A stretch of 64,000 nucleotides of DNA from Planctomycetota bacterium (lineage in GTDB: Bacteria > Planctomycetota > UBA1135 > UBA2386), in assembly GCA_046290465.1 (NCBI GenBank), contig JBKAGP010000001.1, positions 1,248,001-1,312,000 on the forward strand, in the 5' to 3' direction. The notes below the pieces were generated by a model. It saw only the letters and a program-made list of their open reading frames with translations. It made no database searches and had not been told where the DNA came from. Shown here one piece after another: positions 9,551-19,167 of this stretch. Within the stretch, counting starts at the first letter, position 1, and each line of letters starts with the position of its first letter. The position numbers and the translations under genes were made by a program.

Positions 9551-10762
9551 CTAGGCATGCAGCCCCGCGAGGCGCCCGGTCGCGAACGCCGCCTGGAAGT
9601 TGAAGCCGCCGATCGGGCCGTCGATGTCGAGCAGTTCGCCGACCACGAACAGGCCCGGCTGCAGCTTGGACTGCATCGTGCGCGCGTCGACCTCGTCGAG
9701 CGCGACGCCGCCGCGGGTCACCTCGGCGGCGCCGTAGCCGAGGCTCTTCGGCACCGGCACGCGCAGGTCCTTGACCGCCGTCAGCAGGCTGCGGCGCGCG
9801 TCCTTGGAGAGCCCCGCGAGCGTGGTCTCGGCGGCGGCCCCGCTGTGCGCGACCAGCGCCTGACGCATGCGCTCGGGCAGCGCGCGCGGCAGCAGCGCGT
9901 CGACGCGGCGCGTGCCGTGGGCCCTGGCCAGCTCGAGCCACTGCTGTTCGAGCCGTTCGCGGTGCGTGTCGGGAGCGAAGTCGAACCGCGCGCTGGCGCA
10001 TCCGCGCTGCTCCTCGACGTCGCCGGCGAGGTCCATCGGCGCCGGCCCGCTGAGCCCCTTGTGGGTGAACAGGATCGGCCGACGGCGCCGCAGCGTCTCC
10101 TTGCCGTCGCCGCCGACGCAGGCGATGTCGACGTCGTGCAGCACGATGCCCTGCAGGCCGTGCACCCAGCGCTCGTCGACGCGCAGCGGCGCCAGCGCCG
10201 GGAACGTCGCGGTGATCGTGTGCCCGAACGAACGACACCACGCGTAGCCGTCGCCGGTCGCGCCGGTCTTGGGGTAGCTGAGGCCGCCGGTCGCGAGCAC
10301 CACGCGGTCGGCCAGCAGCGCGCCCTTGCCGGTGGTGACGACGAAGCGGTCGCCGTCGCGCGTCACCTGCTCGACCGGCGCCTCGCGCACCAGCTCGACG
10401 CCCGCGTCGGCGCAGCACCGCAGCAGCGCGTCGACGACGTCGCGCGCCTTCTGCGAGACCGGGAACAGCTTCTCGAGGTCCTCCTCGCGCAGCGGCACCC
10501 CGGCCTGCTCGACGAACCGGCGCAGCGCGGTCGGCGGGAACGCCCGCAGCGCGTGGCGCAGCCAGCGGCCGCGGCGCTTGCCGTACTGGGCCTCGAGGTC
10601 CTTGCCCTCACGCGTCGTGGTGAGGTTGCAGCGGCCACCGCCGCTGATCAGGATCTTCAGGCCGGGCCGCTGGTTCTTCTCCAGCAGCACCGTGCGCCGG
10701 CCGCGGCCGGCGGCCTGGATGGCCGCCATCATGCCGGCGGCGCCGCCGCCGACGACGAGCAC
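9551..10762 (-). CDS. HI0933/YhiN/BaiN-family flavoprotein (start may be slightly upstream)
   Basis: GGGAAGMMAA, KILISGGGRCNLT, ATGGLSYPKTGATGDG, LFTHKGLSGP, GELLDIDGPIGGFNFQAA. Confidence 0.93.
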   Translation of the reverse strand: MLVVGGGAAGMMAAIQAAGRGRRTVLLEKNQRPGLKILISGGGRCNLTTTREGKDLEAQYGKRRGRWLRHALRAFPPTALRRFVEQAGVPLREEDLEKLFPVSQKARDVVDALLRCCADAGVELVREAPVEQVTRDGDRFVVTTGKGALLADRVVLATGGLSYPKTGATGDGYAWCRSFGHTITATFPALAPLRVDERWVHGLQGIVLHDVDIACVGGDGKETLRRRRPILFTHKGLSGPAPMDLAGDVEEQRGCASARFDFAPDTHRERLEQQWLELARAHGTRRVDALLPRALPERMRQALVAHSGAAAETTLAGLSKDARRSLLTAVKDLRVPVPKSLGYGAAEVTRGGVALDEVDARTMQSKLQPGLFVVGELLDIDGPIGGFNFQAAFATGRLAGLHA

Positions 10763-10790
10763 GTCCGCCCGTTCGCCGGCAGACAGAGGA

Positions 10791-10991
10791 CTACTCCTCC
10801 GACTTCGACTCGGACTTCTCGGCGTCGGCGTTGCCGTCGGCCTTCTTGTCGTCGTCCACGGGCTCGGTGATGCGGAGCACGGGGCGGCTGCCGATCGGCT
10901 CCTTGCGGTTGGTCGAGTAGCCCTTGCCCATCTTCTTGGGCTTGAAGCGGCCCGCGGTCGCGCCGCCAGCCTTGTATCGGGAACGTGCCAT
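10791..10991 (-). CDS. Small hypothetical protein (66 aa) with a basic N-terminus and acidic tail
   Basis: AAGGAG RBS 7 nt before the ATG, GC3-rich codons, fills the gap between rplC and the flavoprotein gene. Confidence 0.75.
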   Translation of the reverse strand: MARSRYKAGGATAGRFKPKKMGKGYSTNRKEPIGSRPVLRITEPVDDDKKADGNADAEKSESKSEE

Positions 10992-11021
10992 GTCTGGTCT
11001 CCTTGGTTGGCTGGGTGTGGG

Positions 11022-11831
11022 TTACTTCTTGCCCTTGGCGATCATCGCCTTGGCAGCCGCGTTGGCGACCTGCATGCCCGGCTTGTCGGTCAGATCCCGC
11101 TCGTTCTTCACGGTGCGGTTGATCATCAGGTAGCCGTTGACGTGACCCGGGACCGCGCCGCGCAGGAAGATCAGGTTGCGCTCCTTGTCGATCTCCACGA
11201 TCTCGAGGCGCTGGATCGTCACCTGCTCGACCCCGTAGTGGCCGGCCATCTTCTTGCCCTTCGGGACACCGTGGCTGGTCGAGTACTGACGGCCGATGCC
11301 ACCCGCGCGGCGGTGGTTGATCGAGTTACCGTGCGAGGCGTCCTGCGTCGCGAAGTTCCAGCGCTTGATCGTGCCGGTCCAGCCGCGGCCCTTGGTGATG
11401 CCGGTGACGTCGACGTGGCGCACGTCTTCGAGGATGTCCACCGAGATGGTGTCGCCGGGAGCGACGGTCGGAGCTTCGTCGAGGCGGAACTCCTTCGTGA
11501 ACCGCATCGCGTTGTCGAGGCCAGCGGCCTTGGCGTGGCCGAGCTCGGCCTTGTTGCTGGTGCGCACGGGCTTGTCGTCCAAGCCGAGCTGGACCGCGTA
11601 GTAGCCGTCGGCAGCGCGCGAACGCTCGGTCCGGCCGCTCTTCTTGCCCTTGTTGTGGTGGGCGGTGCGGTGGCCTTCCGGGTGCTCGCCAGCGAGCACG
11701 TTCTTGACCTGCGTGACCTTGCAGGGGCCGGCCTGGACGACCGTGACCGGCACGCAGGTGCCGTCGTCGCGGAACAGCTGGGTCATCCCGAGCTTCTTGC
11801 CCAGGATGCCGAGGGTCTTTCTACCCGTCAT
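11022..11831 (-). CDS. rplC: 50S ribosomal protein L3 (uL3), outside the S10 operon
   Basis: GILGKKLGMTQLF, PVTVV, DGYYAVQLG, VDVTGITKGRG, SHG, KGKKMAGHYG, RGAVPG. GGAG RBS before ATG 11831. Confidence 0.96.
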   Translation of the reverse strand: MTGRKTLGILGKKLGMTQLFRDDGTCVPVTVVQAGPCKVTQVKNVLAGEHPEGHRTAHHNKGKKSGRTERSRAADGYYAVQLGLDDKPVRTSNKAELGHAKAAGLDNAMRFTKEFRLDEAPTVAPGDTISVDILEDVRHVDVTGITKGRGWTGTIKRWNFATQDASHGNSINHRRAGGIGRQYSTSHGVPKGKKMAGHYGVEQVTIQRLEIVEIDKERNLIFLRGAVPGHVNGYLMINRTVKNERDLTDKPGMQVANAAAKAMIAKGKK

Positions 11832-11931
11832 CGTGTGGTTCTCCGGGGAGCGTGGCGCTCCCGTGAAGTCAGGGGCGAAGAGGTCTGCACGGCCACCAGT
11901 GGCCGGCGTACGTTCGCTGTTGGGGCGGAAC

Positions 11932-11959
11932 ATGCTAGGGAGCAGGTCCGGACATGCAA
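11932..11959 (-). promoter_or_regulatory. Sigma70-type promoter for rplC
   Basis: TTGCAT-N16-TAGCAT on the minus strand, about 100 nt upstream of rplC. Confidence 0.5.
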
Positions 11960-12038
11960 CCCCGGATCCGGAGGTATCGGCCCGGCGCCCCCGCCGACCT
12001 GACCGGCGGCGGCCGCAACCGCCGCTGCCAGCGGCGGC

Positions 12039-13622
12039 TCAGCGCACGAACGAGCGCAGGCCGAGGGCCAGCAGGCCGGCGACGATGCACCAGCGCGCGA
12101 GGCTGCGTTCGGCGGTGCCGAACCGCGGCAGCGGCCGCGACTGCGGCGGCTGGGCGTAGCGCAGCTCGAGCTCCCCCGCCGGCGGCTCGTCGCCCTCGAC
12201 AACCAGGGTCGCGGCGTCGCCGTAGCTGCGCACGAAGCCGCGCCGCAGCAGCTGCGGGAACGCGGCCAGCAGCGGCAGGTTGCCGTCCTGCAGCCGGAAC
12301 GCGAAGTGGATCGACGCGACCCCCTCTCCCTGCACCAGCACCGCCAGCGGCGTGCGCTGGGCCCCTTCGTCGGACCACAGCAGCGGTTCGCCGTCGGGCA
12401 GCAGCCCGCGCCAGGCCCGCTCGACGCGCAGCTCCGACAGGTCGAGGCCTCGGGTCAGCGCGTGCTCGCGCGCCCAGTCGATCGCGGCCGGGGCATTCCA
12501 GACCTCGGGCTCGGCCGGGCCGTCGGCGAGCCGCGTGCCGAACGTCATCGCGCGCACCTGGCCGGCCTCGACCTCGGCGGCGCCGCCGTCGACCAGCAGC
12601 AGGCCGACCTCGCCGCCGGCCGTCGGCGGCACCACGCGCCCGCCCACCTCGTCGGCCAGCGCCTTGGCGGCGACCGCGGCGAACGGCCCCGCCTCGGCGT
12701 CGGCGAGCACCGCGATGCGCGGCGCCGGCAGCGGCGGCAGGCGCACGACGCGCGCGTCGTCCTGCGACAGCACGTCCCCGGCCAGTGCCACGCGCAGCTC
12801 GAGTTCGCCGCCGGCGGCGTCGCGGCGCAGGTCGAGCCGCACGGTCGTCGCGATGCTGTCGCGCCAGTCGACCACCCGACGCTCCTCGCCGCCGTCGATC
12901 GCGCCGCGCGCGAACAGGCCGACCTCGACGCCTTCGTCGGCGTGCACCACCAGGTCGACCGCGACCTGCAGCGACGGCAGCGGCCAGGCGTCCTGCACCC
13001 GCACCGCGACGATCGCCGCGTTGGGGCCGCGCGCGTCGAACACGTCGAGCGCCCCGGTCTTCGGCACGCGCACCTGCGCTTGGCCGTCGGTCAGCGTCCA
13101 CACCGCGGTGCGTTCGTCCTGCAGCGAGTCGGCGAGTTCGCCGAGGTCGACGTCGAGCGGTCCCGCCGGCACGCCGAGGTCGGCGAGCTGCCGCGCCGCC
13201 TCGCCGTAGCGTCGCCGCAGGTCGCCACCGCAGCGCAGCAGCGTCACGTCGACGTGCTCGGGCACCGCGGCGAGCCGCGACGTGAGCGCTTGGCGCGCCC
13301 GCGCGAACGCCGCCTCGCCGTCGTGCTCGGCGGCCATGCTGCGCGACCCGTCGAGCAGCACGACCAGCCGGTCCGGCCCGGGCTCGCCCGGCAACGTCGG
13401 CCCGGCGGCGGCCAGCGACGCGGCCGCGAGCGCCAGCGCCAGCAGCAGGAACCGCAGCAGCGAGCCGCGCGGCGGCCGGCGCCGCAGCGCCCGCATCGCC
13501 AGCTGCCACTGCGGCAGGTGCGCGGTCCACAGCTGCTTGCTCGGCTTCGGCGGCCGCGACAGCCACCACAGCAGCGGCAGCGCCAGCAGCGCCCACAAGA
13601 ACTCCGGGTGCTGCAGGTTCAT
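12039..13622 (-). CDS. BatA N-terminal / vWA domain membrane protein
   Basis: MNLQHPEFLWALLALPLLWWL (BatA-type), MIDAS-like LLDGSRSM and LTDG, C-terminal TM helix. Confidence 0.8.
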   Translation of the reverse strand: MNLQHPEFLWALLALPLLWWLSRPPKPSKQLWTAHLPQWQLAMRALRRRPPRGSLLRFLLLALALAAASLAAAGPTLPGEPGPDRLVVLLDGSRSMAAEHDGEAAFARARQALTSRLAAVPEHVDVTLLRCGGDLRRRYGEAARQLADLGVPAGPLDVDLGELADSLQDERTAVWTLTDGQAQVRVPKTGALDVFDARGPNAAIVAVRVQDAWPLPSLQVAVDLVVHADEGVEVGLFARGAIDGGEERRVVDWRDSIATTVRLDLRRDAAGGELELRVALAGDVLSQDDARVVRLPPLPAPRIAVLADAEAGPFAAVAAKALADEVGGRVVPPTAGGEVGLLLVDGGAAEVEAGQVRAMTFGTRLADGPAEPEVWNAPAAIDWAREHALTRGLDLSELRVERAWRGLLPDGEPLLWSDEGAQRTPLAVLVQGEGVASIHFAFRLQDGNLPLLAAFPQLLRRGFVRSYGDAATLVVEGDEPPAGELELRYAQPPQSRPLPRFGTAERSLARWCIVAGLLALGLRSFVR

Positions 13623-14524
13623 CGCGCGCACGCCGCCACGATCGGCAGGTGGTCGGCCAGCACCGGTTGGTCGACGGCGCGCTCGGCGAACGCCCAGCGC
13701 AGCAGCGGCGAGCCGGTCTCGGCGAACATGCGACGCTGCTGCCGTTCGAGCAGGCCGAGCTGGCGGCGCAGCTCGCGGTGCAGCGCGCGGTCGACGGGCA
13801 CCGACAGCTCGCGGAACGTCTCCGGGTCGACCACCCGCAGGTAGCCGCCACTCGGCGGCGCCTCGTCCTCGGGCACCACCGGCAGCCAGCCGGTCACCTT
13901 GGCGCCGCGGCGCCGCAGCGCGTGCAGCGGCCGTTCGAATGCCTGCGGCGGTGCGAAGTCGCTGATCCAGTGCACGCGGCCGACCATCTCGCCCTCGAGC
14001 ACCAGCGCGCTCGCGACCGCCGGCTCGGCGTCGACGACCGGCAGCGCGTGCAGGTGTTCGAGCAGGGCCGGCAGCTGGGCGATGCCGACGAAGCGCTGGC
14101 TCGGGTTGGCTGCCCCGGGCGCGACGACCGTGACCCCGTCGAGGCGCGCCAGCGCCAGGCCGCCGATCACCGCGGCCAGCCGCAGCGCCCCGACCCGCCG
14201 CTGCGGGGTGCCCGCCAGCAGGCTCGCCGACAGGTCGAGCGCAATCGTCACCGCGCGCCGGTCGTCCTCCTGCAGCTGCTTGGTGAACAGTTCGCCGGTG
14301 CGCGCGTAGGCCGACCAGTCGAGGTGGCGCAGGTCATCGCCGCGTTCGTAGCGACGGTGGCCGACGAACGTGCCGCTCTGGCTCAACACCGCGCGCCGCG
14401 CGCGCAGCCGCTCGACCCGGCCGGCGTCGATCCGGCTGCGGGTCGCGAGCAGCGCCGGCAGCAGCGCGCGGAACGCCTTGCCGAACGGCTCCTGCACCGC
14501 CGGCAGCCTGCCTCGTCGCGCCAT
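13619..14524 (-). CDS. DUF58 family protein
   Basis: FVGHRRYERGDDLRHLDWSAYART, LDLSASL, WISDF. Confidence 0.9.
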   Translation of the reverse strand: MARRGRLPAVQEPFGKAFRALLPALLATRSRIDAGRVERLRARRAVLSQSGTFVGHRRYERGDDLRHLDWSAYARTGELFTKQLQEDDRRAVTIALDLSASLLAGTPQRRVGALRLAAVIGGLALARLDGVTVVAPGAANPSQRFVGIAQLPALLEHLHALPVVDAEPAVASALVLEGEMVGRVHWISDFAPPQAFERPLHALRRRGAKVTGWLPVVPEDEAPPSGGYLRVVDPETFRELSVPVDRALHRELRRQLGLLERQQRRMFAETGSPLLRWAFAERAVDQPVLADHLPIVAACAR

Positions 14525-14526
14525 CG

Positions 14527-15618
14527 CTACTTGCCGCCCCGCTTCTGCAGTTCGTCGAAGAATCGCCGCACGATCGCGCGCTCGTGCTCGGGAACGTGCC
14601 GCGACCGCAGCGCCTTCTCGGCGGCGCGGTCGAAGCGGACGTCGGTCGGCCGCGGCACCTCGGGTCGATCGCCGGCACCGCCCTGCGGCCGCGTCTGCGG
14701 CGCCCCGCCCGGGGCCGGCTGTTCGAGTTCGGCCGCGTGCATGCGTTCGCGTCGGGTCGGCCCGTCCCCGATGTAGTCCGGCAGCACGAAGCGCTGGTCG
14801 TCGGGCCGGTCCACCAGCGGCGGCACCTCGTCGGGTTCGCTCGGATCCGGCTCCTTGCCGTCGGGACCGACCGGCACCGGCTGCGGCGGCGCCGCACCGT
14901 CCGGCGGGTCCTGCGCATCCTCGCCGCCGCTGCCGTCGGCTCCGCCCGGTTGCGGCACCGCACCACTGCCGCCGCCGCCTTCGCCGTTGGCGTCGCCGCT
15001 CTCGGGCGTGTCGGGCCGGCCCCCGACGGCGCCGCGCCACGGCGGCTGGATCCACAGGCTCAACAGCCAGGCCAGCAGCAAGAGCAACAGCGCCGGCAGC
15101 AACCAGCGCCAGCGGCCGAGCTGCGGCCTCGAGACCGCGCGCAGCGCCACCTTGCGGTGCGGCTGCAGCCGTGCGTGCACGTCGCTCTCGAGCCAGCGCA
15201 GCATGCCGCGCCGATCGCCTACCGCGGCGACGCCGGTGGCCTGCGCAGCGACGCGGTCGAACTCGAGCCAGGTCAGCAGTTCGTCGTTGAGCATCGCCGC
15301 ATCGATGCCGGCCTCGCGCATGCTCGCGCGCATCGCGGTCAGCACGCCTCTGCTGTGCCACCAGGCCCGCACGGTCGCGACCAGCACGATCGGCAGCAGC
15401 CCGAGCACGCAGACCCGCGCGACCGACCAGGCCATCGCCGGCCACAGCCACGCGACCAGCACCGCCGGCAGCGCGAACAGCAGGCCCCAGCGCAGCGCGG
15501 CGCCGACGCCGCGGCCGCAGACGTGGCGCCAGCGCAGGCCGGCCGCGAACCGGCGCAGCGCCGGGCCCGCTCGGTTCGCTGGTTCGAGGCCGCCGTGCAC
15601 GCCCCGATCATGCGCCAC
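14527..15618 (-). CDS. Hypothetical membrane protein with a Pro/Gly-rich C-terminal region (start uncertain)
   Basis: About 3 TM segments; C-terminal 'VPEHERAIVRRFFDEL' is typical of DUF58-cluster accessory proteins; 2 nt from the next gene. Confidence 0.7.
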   Translation of the reverse strand: MAHDRGVHGGLEPANRAGPALRRFAAGLRWRHVCGRGVGAALRWGLLFALPAVLVAWLWPAMAWSVARVCVLGLLPIVLVATVRAWWHSRGVLTAMRASMREAGIDAAMLNDELLTWLEFDRVAAQATGVAAVGDRRGMLRWLESDVHARLQPHRKVALRAVSRPQLGRWRWLLPALLLLLLAWLLSLWIQPPWRGAVGGRPDTPESGDANGEGGGGSGAVPQPGGADGSGGEDAQDPPDGAAPPQPVPVGPDGKEPDPSEPDEVPPLVDRPDDQRFVLPDYIGDGPTRRERMHAAELEQPAPGGAPQTRPQGGAGDRPEVPRPTDVRFDRAAEKALRSRHVPEHERAIVRRFFDELQKRGGK

Positions 15619-15888
15619 ATCCTCCGAGAAGAAAACGACCGGGACGGGGGCAACGCACCCCCGCCCCGGCCAACTCAGAAGGAGGAGAGGTTGCAGCTAT
15701 CGTCCGCGCGCCGCATCGACCGCCGCCGCACGCCCGTTCGGGAGCGGCCCGGCGGCAGCGGCCGCCGCCAGAGCCACGCTGGCACCGGTGCGGCGCGGAC
15801 CGGTCTCGCGGCGGGACCGGTGTGCGATTCTGCTACAGGTGCTGGCCGAGAGCCGTCGCGACGGTCCCGCCGGGCGCCGCATCCGCCG

Positions 15889-17016
15889 CTACTTCGGCTT
15901 CGGGTCGAACAGCCGCTGCGCGATGTCGAGGTCGAACTGGGTCACCATGCCGGCCGACCAAGTCAGCAGGAACTGGCTGGCAGCGGACGGCTCGGAGTCG
16001 CTGTAGGTCACGTAGTGCTCGTTGCGTTCGGGCACGCGGTCGCCGACCTCGATGGTGATCTCGCGCAGCTCGCTGCCGTCCTGGACCGCGAGCCGCAGCT
16101 CCATCTTGGGCGGGAACAGGCCGAGCGCCTGCATGTTACCGGCGCGGGTCAGCGGCCGTTCGAACGACTGCGCGGCGACGTAGCGCAGGCGCTGCACGAC
16201 GCCTTCGACCTCGCCCTGGCGCAGCGCGCCGAGGTCGTCGCAGTCCTTGGCCTGCCAGCGGCTCTCGTTGCGCCCGCGCTCGAACGTGAACGTGCGCGAG
16301 CCGGTGCTGCCGTTGCGGATCGACAGCCGTCGCAGCTTGTCCGGCTCGAGCCGGAACAGCAGCTTGTCGAGCCAGTCCCTGGCCTCGACCGAACGCCGCC
16401 ACGGCTGCCGCCACTCGTAGAGCACCACGTCGTTGCTGTCGCGCTGGCGCACGAACACGCCGCGCACCGCCTCGCTGCCCTGGCCCCACTGGCTGGCGTC
16501 CTTGCCGACCAGCAGGTCGGCAACCACGGTCGTGCCGGCGCGATCGAGGCAGCGCAGGACGAACGCGTGCTGTTCGTCGAGGCCGTACTCGGCCAGCTGC
16601 TCGGCGGTCGCGTCCGGTTGCACCAGCGTGTCGGGGTCGTTGCGGATCGAGCGCAGGTGTTCGAACACGTCGCGCTCGACCAGGCTCTTCTGCACCGGCG
16701 CGCCGGCCAGTTCGACGACCGTGCGCGGCGGCGCGCTCACCACCCAGCCCTGGTCGGTCAACTTGAGCGCCAGCTGGTCGTAGACGACCTTCGCCGGCTG
16801 GTTCTGCTGCTGGCCCGGCGGCGGCTCGGGCTGCTCGTCCTGCGGCTCGCCGAGCACGATCGAACCGACGTTGTCGGCGGTGAAGCCGTCGAACATCAGC
16901 GGGATGCGCGCCACGTCGACGAACGTCTCGGACTCCGACCGCAGCTGCAGGAACGTGGGCACGGCCAGCGCGGCACACAGCACCCCGAGCGCGAGGTTGC
17001 TCTTGCTGTAGGACAT
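15889..17016 (-). CDS. DUF4340-like exported protein
   Basis: N-terminal anchor, two similar halves (LAEYGLD...LLVGK; ALGLFPP...IEVGD), RDWLDK; follows a GldG-like gene. Confidence 0.75.
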   Translation of the reverse strand: MSYSKSNLALGVLCAALAVPTFLQLRSESETFVDVARIPLMFDGFTADNVGSIVLGEPQDEQPEPPPGQQQNQPAKVVYDQLALKLTDQGWVVSAPPRTVVELAGAPVQKSLVERDVFEHLRSIRNDPDTLVQPDATAEQLAEYGLDEQHAFVLRCLDRAGTTVVADLLVGKDASQWGQGSEAVRGVFVRQRDSNDVVLYEWRQPWRRSVEARDWLDKLLFRLEPDKLRRLSIRNGSTGSRTFTFERGRNESRWQAKDCDDLGALRQGEVEGVVQRLRYVAAQSFERPLTRAGNMQALGLFPPKMELRLAVQDGSELREITIEVGDRVPERNEHYVTYSDSEPSAASQFLLTWSAGMVTQFDLDIAQRLFDPKPK

Positions 17017-17037
17017 GATGGAGTTCCTCGAGGTCGT

Positions 17038-19167
17038 TCAGTTGAGTTGGGACAGGAACGCGCGCTTCTGGTTGCGGCGCAGGAGCCCGAGCACCAGGCC
17101 GAACCCACCCAGCAGGGTGACCGGCACGATCACGTTCCACCAGCGCAGCTGGGTGACCTTGCTGCGCACCGCCTGCTCGGCGTCGCGCGGGTCCCGCTTG
17201 CTGTCGACCTCGTCGGCGACGAACTTCAGCGTGCGATCGGTCGGCACGCGCGTCTGCAGCGCGATCAGGTCGCGGTCCTCGCTCAGCCAGTCGAGCATCT
17301 GCGCGAAGAACACCATGCCGTAGATCGACACCGGCCCGCCCTGCTGCGCCATGCTGCGGCCGATCAGGTCGTCGCGCAGGAACGTCGAGTCGCCGACCAC
17401 GACGATGCGGCCGACCTGCTCCGACTCGGTGCGCATGGCGCGCTCCTGCGCCACCGCCGGCGCGGCATCGGCCGGCTTCGGCGGCGGGCCGGCCTGCTCG
17501 GCGCCGGCCGCCGCGGGTTGCTGCGCCTCCGGTTGCTCGCCGTCCTTCTGCGGGTCGTCCTGCTGCTGGTCATCGTCCTTGCGCGCGGCCTTCTCGGCCG
17601 CCTCGCTTGGACGCAGCGGCCGCTCGCGGCCGGCGAAGAACGACGTGAAGCGCCCCTTCACCTCGACCATCAGCGGCGCCTGCTGGCGGGTCTCGGCCTG
17701 CAGCCGCTCGACGCGTTCGCGGAAGAACTGCTGGCTGACCGCGGCCCACTGGCCGGGGTCCTGGCCGATCGGGTTGAGCGACTGCGGCGGATCCTCGACC
17801 AGCGCCAGCGGCGACGACCACAGCAGCACGCGGCCGTCGACGCCGTCCGGCAGGTCGAGCGCGCCGCCAGCCCGCTGCGCCAGCCCGACCCACGTCGGCC
17901 AGTAGAAGCCGGGGCCGCGCTGCAGCTTGCGGAACGCCTGGAACAGGAAGTCGTCGGCCGGCATGCCCGGCTGCATCGTCTTGCGGTACTGCTCGGCCTT
18001 GCGCTCGTCGACGTTGCCGGTGGCGTCCTTGGCCAGCTGGTCGGCGAACGTCGCCCAGTCGAGGTTGCGCGCGTGGAAGAAGTACGGGTAGTTGACCGGC
18101 GCGTAGTTGGCCATGCCGGTGCGGCCGCGCACCGGCACCGAGAAGTACTCCTGCCGCGCGTTGAACGCCGCCTGGTGCGCCTGCGACGCCATGTCGCAGA
18201 CCAGCCGCGGCCGCCACTCGACGCCGTAGTGGCGCAGCATGTCGACGAACTTCGTCTCGCTGCCCTTGGCGTCCAGGTAGAGCGGCATCTTGCGCATCAG
18301 GCGCTGCGGCCCCATCGCGTACTCGGCGGCGTCGGCGAACACCACCAGCGTGCCGCCGGCGACCACGAACTGGTCGATGACGTACTTCTGCCGGTCGCTG
18401 AGGTCGCTCGGCCGGAACAGGAACAGCGTGTCGAGGTCGTCGGGCAGCAGCGCGCCGTCCTCGTCCTTGTAGTTCTGGAACTCGTAGCGCTTCTGCAGGC
18501 CTTCGTTGGTGCGGCAGCCGTTCCAGCCGACGCCGCCCGGGGTGCCGCGCTGCATCGAGCGGGCCGGCCACTCCATGTAGCCGAACGCGCGCTTCTGCTC
18601 GGTCATGACCTCCTTGAGCTTCGGCGTCACGACGGCTTCGGCGACGAACGAACTGGTCGGCAGGAACGACGGGATCACTTCCTGCTTGCTGCCGCCGTAG
18701 ACCAGCCGCAGCCCCTGCCAGTGCTGGTCGACCGACAGCGAGGTCGCCGAGCGGCTGCTGAGGTTGAGCGGCTGCACGCCCAGCCGCGTCGCCTTGTCGG
18801 CGACCGCCTTGTCGCTGTTGGGGTCGAAGCGCTGCACGACGACCTTGCCGCCGCCGAGCTGGGTGATCTCGTCGAGGAAGTTGTCGGCCCAGTCGCGCGT
18901 GCCGCGCATGTTGAGCGGCAGGTCGTCCTTCGGGCTGAAGTAGGCCTCGACCAGCAGCCGCTTGTCGAGCCCGGACAGCACGCTGCGGGTCGAGTCGGTC
19001 GACGTCCACAGCCGGTCCGACGTCATGTCGACGCGCACGCGGTAGCGCGACGCCAGGTAGACGACCTGGCCCAGCACCAGCAGCAGCAGCAACAGGTGCA
19101 GCATCGCACCGAGGACCTGGCCGCCCTGGCGCGGGATCCGACTCGTTGGCATCGGCATCGGCATCAT
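17038..19167 (-). CDS. GldG-like ABC transporter auxiliary component
   Basis: TM then RVDMTSDRLWTST, AYFS...LP, IDQFVVAGG, GRIVVVGDSTF, LDWLSEDRDLIALQ, C-terminal TM. ATGA overlap with the permease. Confidence 0.85.
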   Translation of the reverse strand: MMPMPMPTSRIPRQGGQVLGAMLHLLLLLLVLGQVVYLASRYRVRVDMTSDRLWTSTDSTRSVLSGLDKRLLVEAYFSPKDDLPLNMRGTRDWADNFLDEITQLGGGKVVVQRFDPNSDKAVADKATRLGVQPLNLSSRSATSLSVDQHWQGLRLVYGGSKQEVIPSFLPTSSFVAEAVVTPKLKEVMTEQKRAFGYMEWPARSMQRGTPGGVGWNGCRTNEGLQKRYEFQNYKDEDGALLPDDLDTLFLFRPSDLSDRQKYVIDQFVVAGGTLVVFADAAEYAMGPQRLMRKMPLYLDAKGSETKFVDMLRHYGVEWRPRLVCDMASQAHQAAFNARQEYFSVPVRGRTGMANYAPVNYPYFFHARNLDWATFADQLAKDATGNVDERKAEQYRKTMQPGMPADDFLFQAFRKLQRGPGFYWPTWVGLAQRAGGALDLPDGVDGRVLLWSSPLALVEDPPQSLNPIGQDPGQWAAVSQQFFRERVERLQAETRQQAPLMVEVKGRFTSFFAGRERPLRPSEAAEKAARKDDDQQQDDPQKDGEQPEAQQPAAAGAEQAGPPPKPADAAPAVAQERAMRTESEQVGRIVVVGDSTFLRDDLIGRSMAQQGGPVSIYGMVFFAQMLDWLSEDRDLIALQTRVPTDRTLKFVADEVDSKRDPRDAEQAVRSKVTQLRWWNVIVPVTLLGGFGLVLGLLRRNQKRAFLSQLN

